In this document: positions 9,197 to 16,694 of the stretch, in pieces | Numbering within the stretch: the first letter of the stretch is position 1 | Layout of the letters: each line of letters begins with the position of its first letter | From: an uncultured Bacteroidia bacterium | GTDB taxonomy: Bacteria > Bacteroidota > Bacteroidia > J057 > CALDDN01 | NCBI GenBank assembly: GCA_937936615.1 | Contig: CALDDN010000007.1 | Span: 4,029 to 68,028, forward strand | Length of the DNA: 64,000 bases | Direction of reading: 5' to 3' | The notes under the pieces: generated by a model | What the model was told of the DNA's origin: nothing | Databases searched by the model: none | The model's input: the letters and a program-made list of their open reading frames with translations, nothing else | Position numbers and translations under genes: made by a program

Positions 9197-10575
9197 AGCG
9201 CGAAAAAGAGCGTCGCGATACCGAAGTAGATCAGCAGGCCCGTAATGTCCACAATTGTGGTAATGGCGGGCGTGGAAGCCACCGCGGGGTCGCCACCCAC
9301 GCTTTTGACGATCAGGGGAAGCGTCCCGCCAATGATGGTCGAGGAGATTACCTGCAGGCTCAAGGCCAGCGAAATGACAGCGGCGACGTTGATGAGGCTG
9401 ACTTGTTCGGGCACCTCTGTCTCCCACGAAAGAAACAGAATCTTGAGAAAGGCCAGCAGCCCCAGGCATACGGAAAGCAGCAGCGAGATGCGCAGCTCTT
9501 TGAAGACCACTCGGAACCAGTCGCGAGCGCGGATTTCGCCCAAGGCCAAGGCCCGCACGATGACCGTAGCGGCCTGACTGCCAGCGTTGCCACCGGTGTC
9601 GGCCACCATCGGCATATAAAGAGCCAGGATGATCATCTTTTCGAGGGCGTGCTCGAAATGGTGAATGATAACCCCCGAAATAATGCCCACAGCAGCCAGC
9701 GAAACCACCCAGACCGCCCGCCGACGGAAGTGCGTCAGGCTGGGCGTTTTGAGGTAGGTATCGGACGAAGGGCTGGAGAGAATACCCATGAACCGCTCGA
9801 GGTCCTCGGTGTTCTCGGCCTGGATGATGTCGATGACATCCTCGTAGGTTACGACCCCGCGCAGGCGGTTCTGTTCGTCGACGACCGGCAGGGCCAGCAG
9901 GTTGCGCCGCTGCACCGTCTGGGCAACGGCCTCGCGGTCGTCGTGCACGCGGGCAAAAACCAGGTTGTCGCGATGCATCACCTCCTCGATTCGCTGGAGG
10001 GGGTTGGCTTTGAGCAGTTCCTTGAGGCTGAGCACACCGATCAGCTCCTCGCGGTCGTTGATTACGTATAAATAGTAGAGAAAACGGATGGTGGGCGAAA
10101 ACTTGCGTACCTTTTCGAGGGCTTCGGCGCAGGTCTTTTCGGGCTTGAGCCAGAGGTAGTCCTTGGACATGACCCCACCAGCGGTGTCTTCGGCATAGGC
10201 TGCCAGCTCGAGGATGCTGTTGCGGATGTCTTCGGGCAGCTGGGCCAGCAGGTCGTGCTGCTCTTCGGGCCGCAACTGCTGGTAGACGTCTACCCGAACG
10301 TGGGGCGAAACGTTGGCCCAGAGGCTTGCCAGGCGTTTGCCGCTCAGGGTTTCGATCAGCTCACGCTGCAGCTGGGGGCTGAGTTCGGCGTAAATGGCTC
10401 CCTGTTCAGGCCCTTCAAACTGATCGAGCAGCACCGGAACGTAGCCCGGTTCGATCTGATCGAGGATTTCGGCGATCTCGACGCGGGGCAACCGCTTCAG
10501 GTCTTGAGCCAGGTTCTTGATCTGCTCGACGCTTTGCATGCCCTTGAGCACACGCAACAGTACCTCTTTTTTCAT
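9193..10575 (-). CDS. mgtE: magnesium transporter MgtE
   Basis: 460 aa with an MgtE N-domain, a CBS pair and a C-terminal TM domain carrying MVADTGGNAGSQAATVIVRAL. The start lies 1 nt after the mgtC stop. Confidence 0.9.
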   Translation of the reverse strand: MKKEVLLRVLKGMQSVEQIKNLAQDLKRLPRVEIAEILDQIEPGYVPVLLDQFEGPEQGAIYAELSPQLQRELIETLSGKRLASLWANVSPHVRVDVYQQLRPEEQHDLLAQLPEDIRNSILELAAYAEDTAGGVMSKDYLWLKPEKTCAEALEKVRKFSPTIRFLYYLYVINDREELIGVLSLKELLKANPLQRIEEVMHRDNLVFARVHDDREAVAQTVQRRNLLALPVVDEQNRLRGVVTYEDVIDIIQAENTEDLERFMGILSSPSSDTYLKTPSLTHFRRRAVWVVSLAAVGIISGVIIHHFEHALEKMIILALYMPMVADTGGNAGSQAATVIVRALALGEIRARDWFRVVFKELRISLLLSVCLGLLAFLKILFLSWETEVPEQVSLINVAAVISLALSLQVISSTIIGGTLPLIVKSVGGDPAVASTPAITTIVDITGLLIYFGIATLFFAL

Positions 10576-10576
10576 C

Positions 10577-11296
10577 TCAATACTCTGTACTTAGTTTCAA
10601 AACGGGTTTCCACTGAACCGTTCGGACCCCATCGAGACTTTTGAGGCTGCCAGCCAGGGTTTCGAGGGCGTTTTCGGCCCGCACCTGCGCTTCGACTTCC
10701 ACGCGAACGATAATCTGATCGTCGGTCTGGCCATCGGATGCACGGATAGAGGCCAGACGCAAGCGGTCGTCCGACCGAAGGAAATTCAGGCAGAGCAACC
10801 GGACGGCATTTTCTGATGCGTCGCGGCAGTGGATTTCCAGCTCATAGAAATAGGAACTGCGTTCGGGTTGGCCAAACTGCAGGTTGCCAATCCAGTTGCC
10901 CACAGAGCGCAGAGCGGTATGCGCCAGCATGACCGCAGCCGTCATGTAAATAGCCTGCACGAAGAGTCCTGCCGCAGTCAGGGCCCCCACAGCAGCCGAA
11001 CACCAGATGGTGGCTGCTGTATTAAGGCCCCGTACATTCACCCCCTCTTTCAGGATGACTCCACCGCCGAGAAAGCCTATACCCGTAACGATCTGGCCCA
11101 CCACCCGCGAGGGATCGCCCTGCGATGCGGTCAGCGATTCGGATAGCAGTACGTAACCCGCTGCCCCTAGACTGACCAGCGTATTGGTACGCAGGCCAGC
11201 GTTGCTGTGCCGCAGCTGGCGTTCCAGGCCGACGGCGGCACCCAGGCCAAAGGCAACGCCCAGACGCAAGGCAAATTCCAGACTCGTGAGCAGCAT
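10577..11296 (-). CDS. mgtC: MgtC/SapB family membrane protein
   Basis: 239 aa. The family motifs are LRLGVAFGLGAAVGLERQLRHSNAGLRTNTLVSLGAA and GIGFLGGGVILKEG, followed by a soluble C-terminal domain. AAGGAG (11303-11308) lies 6 nt before the ATG. Confidence 0.85.
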   Translation of the reverse strand: MLLTSLEFALRLGVAFGLGAAVGLERQLRHSNAGLRTNTLVSLGAAGYVLLSESLTASQGDPSRVVGQIVTGIGFLGGGVILKEGVNVRGLNTAATIWCSAAVGALTAAGLFVQAIYMTAAVMLAHTALRSVGNWIGNLQFGQPERSSYFYELEIHCRDASENAVRLLCLNFLRSDDRLRLASIRASDGQTDDQIIVRVEVEAQVRAENALETLAGSLKSLDGVRTVQWKPVLKLSTEY

Positions 11297-11420
11297 GCGT
11301 AACTCCTTTGGCAGAACGTGGGAGACGGCTATCTACATAGGGGATGGTCGCACCGCAAGGTGCAGCTGGTTAACGGGCCGCAATTTTAGGAAGCTTTGAC
11401 TTTGTAACCAAGCCCTTGAA

Positions 11421-13106
11421 TTAACCTTGGGTAATCTCTTGGTAAAGAATTACCGGAGCGGGCATGCGGATGCCCAGAAAAAAACTTTCGGCTTCGCTGC
11501 CTGCTTTCAGCTGGCGTTCGGCGGCCTGGCGCAGGAGTCGCAGCCGGTGGGGAACTTGACCGGCATCGCCTTCGAGCACACCCGCCAGGTTGTGGGAGAC
11601 CATCACGACATGTTCTGCACTCGACCAGCTGTACGCTCGGTGATCTACATACAGCGGATCGAGGGGTCGGTCGAGAGGCAGGCTTGGCCCGGGCGGTTGG
11701 CTATGAGGCTGTGGATCGTGCCCGAGCAGCCAGACCCGCTGCCCTGCCGTCAGCACCTCGAGCGCACCGGATTTTCGGTCGAAGACCACGAGAGCCAGGC
11801 TCATCGATTCGACATCGGCACCAACCCGGGTGTTGCACAAGCTGCGATGCAGCCAGCCGAGCAGTTGCGTGCCGTCTCTCAGAACCGGTGCTTCGACGTG
11901 CTGCAGAACCAACAGCACCCGCAACGAAAGTTGAGCCGCAACGGCAGCTTCGCCGTGGGCCAGTCCCCCCAGCACAAAGAGCCGCTCATCGGTCAGCGTG
12001 TACCAGAGGAATCGGCTCGACTGCCAGGGTGTCGACTGAACGACGAACTGCACTTCGAAGCCCTCGCTTTCCAGGGCCAGCCAGTCGGGCTGCACCAGGC
12101 GTTTGTGGGTTTCGGTCTGCTGCACCACCAGTTGCAGTTGGTCGTTCCGAGCTTCCACGGCTTGCCGCAGGCGAATGGCCGATGCTTCGAGTGTAAGGTT
12201 CTGCTGCTGGAACCGATTACGCTGGTGCAGGCAGACCAGTTCGTGATCGAGCAGCCTGAACCAGGCATCGACCAACGAGGGAGCATCGAAGGTCGGCTGC
12301 CTGGGGTCGAGCTCCAGATAAACAACGGCCATCACTTCGTGCGGCATGCCTAAGGCAAATACGCAGGAATACCTGGAGATCCAGTCGGGCTTGGAACCCA
12401 TCTTGAAGCTCGGCCAGGCCTGTTTCAAACTCGCCAAAGGCAAATCAGCAGGCACCTGACCATCGAGCCAATAAAGCGTTTGGATGCCCGCCCGGGGAGT
12501 CCAGCGATCGACCTGGATCGATTCATCGTCCTGCGATATGGGGCATTGCCAGAAAAAAAGCTGCTTGAGGCCCATTACTTGATGCAGGAGCCGGGCGGCT
12601 GCTTCGACCAGCTGCCGCAGGTCGCCGACGCAGCTCATGGCCTCGTGCCACTTCGTGTGCAGCCGCTGCAAACGCTGGTGCAGGCGAACAAGCTGCTGCT
12701 CGCTGTAGCGCGAGACAGCTTGATCCAAGGTATGGATCAGAATGCTGCGATCCCAGGGTTTTTCGAGAAAGCGAAAAAGACCCGCCTCAGTAAAGGCCCT
12801 GCGCACGTCCTCAATATCGGCCTGACCGGAGAGCAGGATGGTCTGCAGGTCGGGTTGCTGGCGGTGAAGCCGTCGTAGCAGCTCATCGCCCCGCATACCG
12901 GGCATCACCTGATCGCTGACAACCACCACGGCACCGCTGCCATCCTCCTCCAGTTCCTCGATGAGGTCCAGCAGTTCGAAACCACTCTGTGCAAATTCCA
13001 GGATGAAGCGGTCGGCCAGCGGAGAGTCGCCCAGCTGCCCCTGCAACGCATCGAGTACGTGCTTTTCGTCGTCGACGAACAAGATATAGCCTGTCCTGTT
13101 TTCCAT
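11421..13106 (-). CDS. response-regulator receiver + GAF-like + degenerate (catalytically dead) PP2C/SpoIIE domain protein
   Basis: 561 aa. The REC domain includes ILFVDDEKHVLDAL...VVVVSDQVMPGMRGDELL...KPW. The C-terminus aligns to the neighbouring SpoIIE domains, but every metal-binding Asp is substituted (see findings). Confidence 0.8.
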   Translation of the reverse strand: MENRTGYILFVDDEKHVLDALQGQLGDSPLADRFILEFAQSGFELLDLIEELEEDGSGAVVVVSDQVMPGMRGDELLRRLHRQQPDLQTILLSGQADIEDVRRAFTEAGLFRFLEKPWDRSILIHTLDQAVSRYSEQQLVRLHQRLQRLHTKWHEAMSCVGDLRQLVEAAARLLHQVMGLKQLFFWQCPISQDDESIQVDRWTPRAGIQTLYWLDGQVPADLPLASLKQAWPSFKMGSKPDWISRYSCVFALGMPHEVMAVVYLELDPRQPTFDAPSLVDAWFRLLDHELVCLHQRNRFQQQNLTLEASAIRLRQAVEARNDQLQLVVQQTETHKRLVQPDWLALESEGFEVQFVVQSTPWQSSRFLWYTLTDERLFVLGGLAHGEAAVAAQLSLRVLLVLQHVEAPVLRDGTQLLGWLHRSLCNTRVGADVESMSLALVVFDRKSGALEVLTAGQRVWLLGHDPQPHSQPPGPSLPLDRPLDPLYVDHRAYSWSSAEHVVMVSHNLAGVLEGDAGQVPHRLRLLRQAAERQLKAGSEAESFFLGIRMPAPVILYQEITQG

Positions 13107-13206
13107 TTGGGAAAGGATGACCTGCTTGCACTTTTTTGGTGCACGCTTCCAGCAATTAGCGAATTTATTCGGGATTTCAAATCCATATTTCGACCAATCG
13201 AGTCAG

Positions 13207-14964
13207 TCAGCAGGTCAACCCTACAACGAGGATGTCATCGGTCTGGGGGGTGCTGCCCTGCCAGGCATCGAGATACAGTTCCAGCTCCTTCAGGGACTGG
13301 CCCAAGGGGTAGCGGTTCGATTCTGTCAAATGCTGGCGGAGGCGGCGTGCGGTGAATTTACGGTCTTGGGTCGGGCCGCCAAACTGATCGACAATTCCAT
13401 CGGTGAAGAGAAAGAGTCGGTCGTCGGCTTTGAGGGTATAGCTGTGTTCCTCGTAGGTTTTGACTTCGGTTTCGTAGCCGCCTACCCCCCAGCGGTTGCC
13501 CTTGATTTCGGTCAGGTCGTCGGCCCGCAGGTGGTAGAGGGGGCGGTTGGCACCGGCGAAGGTCAGTCGGCGGGTCTGGCGGTTGTAGTGAATGATGGCG
13601 ATATCCATGCCCTCGCTGACGGCGCGATGCTCCTGGCGCAGGGTGTCGATGATCAGCTGGTCGAGCCTGGCCAGAATGCAGGCAGGCGCGTAAACGCCTG
13701 TTTCGGCCGTGATTCGATCGAGCAGGTTGCAGCCCAGAACCGTCAGCATGGCTCCCGGGACGCCGTGGCCCGTGCAGTCGCCCACTGCCAGAATCAGCTC
13801 GTCGCCGATCCGCCGGTACCAGACGAAGTCGCCACTGATGACATCGCGGGGGCGGTAAATGAGCGCGGCATCAGCAAAAAAGGTTTGGAGTTCGTCGAGC
13901 TTGGGCAACAAAGCATCCTGAATGCGGCGAGTAGCAGCGATGCTTTCGCGCAGCTCGTGCATCTGCTCCTCCAGGGCCTGCTTCTGCTCGGCTATTTTAT
14001 CTTTTTTGATGCAGAGATCGGCATAGAGTCTGGCGTTGTGCAGACTCACGGACAGGTTGGGTGCCAGGTGGTTGAGGAAGCGTTGGACATCTTCCGAAAA
14101 TGCGGCGACCCGATGGCTGTGTTCGAGGTAGAGCAGCCCCACCAGTTCGCCATGAAGCAGCAGGGGCAGACAGATGAGGCTTTTGGGCCGGTGGTGTCGA
14201 ATGTATGGCTCGCGCAGCAGCCACTCATCGGCCTGATGGGTGCTGACATTGGCGCAGCTGTAGGCCTGCTTGCGGGAAATAACGTAGTCTACAATCGAAT
14301 AGGGAATCTGGCGGCTTGTGTCGGGAGCAAAAGTGGGCAGAGTGCTGTGGGCATCGCCCACACTGCCCAGAAAGGTATGCACCTGCAGCAAGCCTTGGTT
14401 GTTGAGCAGAATCAGGCAACCACGCGTGGCCTGCGTCTGACGCAGCACCTGCCGCATGACCCCTTCGATAAGCTGGTCGAGATCGTTGGAACTGCTGAGC
14501 ACCTGGCTGCAGTCGTAGAGACTTTGCAGCAGGCGGTTCTGGGCATCGTGCTCGCTCTTGCGCACGAACGCACGCGCAGCCTCCTCAACCGTGAGGAGCA
14601 GATCCACTTTATCCCACGGCTTGGCGATGAAGCGATAGAGTTCAGCCTGGTTGATGGCCTGAATCACGGCCTCCATTCGCGATTCGCCGGTCAGCAGAAT
14701 TTTTTTGGTCTGCGGCGATCGCTCGTGCACACGGGAAAGAAGCTCGCAGCCCTGCATCTGGGGCATGATCTGGTCCGAGATCACGACAGCCACCTGCTGG
14801 CCCTCATTTTGCAGCTCGTCCATGATCTCGAGCAGCTCGGAACCGCTTTCGCTGTACTCAAACTGAAACTCCGACCCAAAAGCGGAATTTTCCAGTTGGG
14901 TAGCCAGTGTGTCGAGGACATCTTTCTGGTCGTCTACACACAAGATAAAGGGTTGAGTTGCCAT
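13207..14964 (-). CDS. response-regulator receiver + GAF + SpoIIE/PP2C phosphatase
   Basis: 585 aa. The REC domain includes ILCVDDQKDVLDTL...VVISDQIMPQMQG...KPW, and a GAF-like middle region follows. The PP2C motifs SGDFVWY, AVGDCTGHGVPGA, GMDIAII, FTDGIVDQ and QTDDILVVG are all intact. Confidence 0.9.
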   Translation of the reverse strand: MATQPFILCVDDQKDVLDTLATQLENSAFGSEFQFEYSESGSELLEIMDELQNEGQQVAVVISDQIMPQMQGCELLSRVHERSPQTKKILLTGESRMEAVIQAINQAELYRFIAKPWDKVDLLLTVEEAARAFVRKSEHDAQNRLLQSLYDCSQVLSSSNDLDQLIEGVMRQVLRQTQATRGCLILLNNQGLLQVHTFLGSVGDAHSTLPTFAPDTSRQIPYSIVDYVISRKQAYSCANVSTHQADEWLLREPYIRHHRPKSLICLPLLLHGELVGLLYLEHSHRVAAFSEDVQRFLNHLAPNLSVSLHNARLYADLCIKKDKIAEQKQALEEQMHELRESIAATRRIQDALLPKLDELQTFFADAALIYRPRDVISGDFVWYRRIGDELILAVGDCTGHGVPGAMLTVLGCNLLDRITAETGVYAPACILARLDQLIIDTLRQEHRAVSEGMDIAIIHYNRQTRRLTFAGANRPLYHLRADDLTEIKGNRWGVGGYETEVKTYEEHSYTLKADDRLFLFTDGIVDQFGGPTQDRKFTARRLRQHLTESNRYPLGQSLKELELYLDAWQGSTPQTDDILVVGLTC

Positions 14965-15192
14965 TTTTTTTACAGATAAATTAAAGAAGTTGACTGGCCT
15001 GCTCGTTTGTATTAGTCATTTAGCGCAAACCCTTTTTCTACTTATACTTAGTGATCCTGATTAAGGTTACAGGAAAATCCGCTTTTTAGATCATAGTTTC
15101 CGTATGCAGTTCAAATATTGCTTGTTGGTGAATTACATAAAATGATCTACGTCATATTTTTGAAAAAGCTGGAATTTATTCCTTGGGAATCG
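14965..15192. promoter_or_regulatory. AT-rich divergent intergenic (promoter) region
   Basis: A 228-bp AT-rich spacer lies between the divergently oriented REC-GAF-PP2C gene and the 15193 gene. Confidence 0.4.
15155..15162 (+). promoter_or_regulatory. candidate Bacteroidota -7 promoter box (TATTTTTG)
   Basis: It matches the TAnnTTTG consensus exactly and lies 31 nt upstream of the ATG at 15193. Confidence 0.35.
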
Positions 15193-15672
15193 ATGAAGCG
15201 TTTTTTAGCTTGCGCCGCTCTGCTTGCAAGTGCCGCAGCCCAACCGGTCATCCAGCCGGCAGGTGCGCAACCGGCTGCGGTCTTAGCAGGTCAGCAGGGC
15301 CGCTGGCCCGAGGTTAAGTCGGTCGATTTCAGCCGCGAGGGCTGCTGCTGGGAGGCAGAATTTGAACACGAGGGCCAGTCCATGGAAGCTCTCTGGATGC
15401 GTGATGGCACCCTGTACGCGATCATGCGGCCGATTCCTCGCAATCAGGTGCCCGAGCCGGTGCAACTGGCAATGGGCCGCCGCTGGAACCGCGTGCGTGA
15501 AACGGAACTCATGCTTCGAACCAGCGGACGCCCCCTTTACGAACTCGATCTGGGCGGCAACCGCAAACGCTGGTTTACCGCCGAGGGCAAACCCCAACGC
15601 AAACCCTGCACCCTCCCGCGCAGGCGGCTGCCGACCTCCGGCTGGGATGGAGTCGGATCACCAATGAATTAA
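15193..15672 (+). CDS. secreted hypothetical protein (PepSY-like fold suspected)
   Basis: An internal ATG at 15193 gives MKRFLACAALLASAAAQ, a signal peptide. The two-lobed pattern ...W.AEFEHEGQSMEALWMRDGTLY... and ...LYELDLGGNRKRWFTAEGKP resembles PepSY-like small periplasmic proteins. This assignment is weak. Confidence 0.5.
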   Translation: MKRFLACAALLASAAAQPVIQPAGAQPAAVLAGQQGRWPEVKSVDFSREGCCWEAEFEHEGQSMEALWMRDGTLYAIMRPIPRNQVPEPVQLAMGRRWNRVRETELMLRTSGRPLYELDLGGNRKRWFTAEGKPQRKPCTLPRRRLPTSGWDGVGSPMN

Positions 15673-15751
15673 CAGACAGGAAACCTTACGGCCGTTTGGA
15701 GTATTGAATCGACTAGAGCAATTGTGAGTATCAATCCCAACCGACCGAACC

Positions 15752-16606
15752 ATGACCCTGTACGACCTGCTGGGGGTGTCGCCCCAGGCTTCCGCCGACG
15801 AGCTTAAGCAAGCCTGGCGCGACCAGGCCCGCCAGTATCACCCCGACGTCAATCCCGACCCGGTAGCTGCCGAACGCATGCAGCTGCTCAACGTAGCATA
15901 CGACCTGCTGAGCGACGCGCAGAAACGGGCCGCTTACGACTTGCTCCTGGCACGTGGCCAGGCACCGGAAGCCGAGCAGTTCGACCCCCGCGACCCCATG
16001 GCCATCATCCGCAAGGCCCAGCGAGCCGGCAAACGGCAGCGCAAAGCCCCCCCGCCGCCACCGCCCATCTGGCAACGACCCTACATCATCGCACCGGTAC
16101 TCCTGCTGCTGGCCTTTGGGCTGGCCTTTCTGGTGTGGAGGAGCTTTGTGCACCACGTGCAGCCGGTGCCGCGTCTGACGCTGGAGTACCGGTTCATGAA
16201 CCGCTGGCCTGAAGGTCTGGAAAACAGCCCGATCGTCGTGCAACTGCGGCTCAAGGGCAACCGCCTCGACTCGATTCCGGCAGCAGTAGGCGGGCTGACC
16301 TCGCTGGTCTATTTCGATGCATCGGACAACCGTCTGACGGACGTTTCACCCCGCCTCTGGAGCCTGCGGGCTTTGCAATACGTCGACCTGTCGGACAATA
16401 GACTGAACCAAATTTCAATTCCTGAAAACAACAAAAGTCTGCTATCGATTCTGATACTGCGGAACAATCCACTGGGAAACGAAGCCCTGATCGAAATCGC
16501 CCGCCTGCAACATCTGCAGCAACTCGATATTCGGGGAACGCAAATCCGGCCCGAAGCCGTGGCAGCCTGGAAGCTGCTGAGACCTGAGGTGCAGGTTCAG
16601 CATTGA
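15752..16606 (+). CDS. J-domain / transmembrane / leucine-rich-repeat fusion protein
   Basis: 284 aa. The DnaJ J domain is LYDLLGVSPQASADELKQAWRDQARQYHPDVNPD...AYDLLSDAQKRAAYD. A basic and Pro-rich linker (KRQRKAPPPPPPIW) follows, then the TM helix IIAPVLLLLAFGLAFLVW. About 5 LRRs follow, of the type L.L.GNRLDSIP, FDASDNRLTDV, VDLSDNRLNQI and LILRNNPL. Confidence 0.8.
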   Translation: MTLYDLLGVSPQASADELKQAWRDQARQYHPDVNPDPVAAERMQLLNVAYDLLSDAQKRAAYDLLLARGQAPEAEQFDPRDPMAIIRKAQRAGKRQRKAPPPPPPIWQRPYIIAPVLLLLAFGLAFLVWRSFVHHVQPVPRLTLEYRFMNRWPEGLENSPIVVQLRLKGNRLDSIPAAVGGLTSLVYFDASDNRLTDVSPRLWSLRALQYVDLSDNRLNQISIPENNKSLLSILILRNNPLGNEALIEIARLQHLQQLDIRGTQIRPEAVAAWKLLRPEVQVQH

Positions 16607-16694
16607 GGCGCACCAAGTTTTCCACTGCGGAATAAGGCCCAAGGTTGCATGGGCGGGTATTAATGGTTTATTTCAGGCTTTTTCCAGATGCAAC

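Noticed and set aside
11297-11420. A possible M-box (Mg2+) riboswitch upstream of mgtC.
   Set aside because: The leader is only 124 nt, and I could not find the conserved M-box core strings. It contains only a small hairpin and an SD-like site.
13117-14979. A 620-aa plus-strand ORF covers the whole REC-GAF-PP2C gene in antisense.
   Set aside because: It has no recognisable motifs and its composition is typical of a reverse-frame shadow in GC-rich DNA. The minus-strand product has complete REC and SpoIIE motifs.
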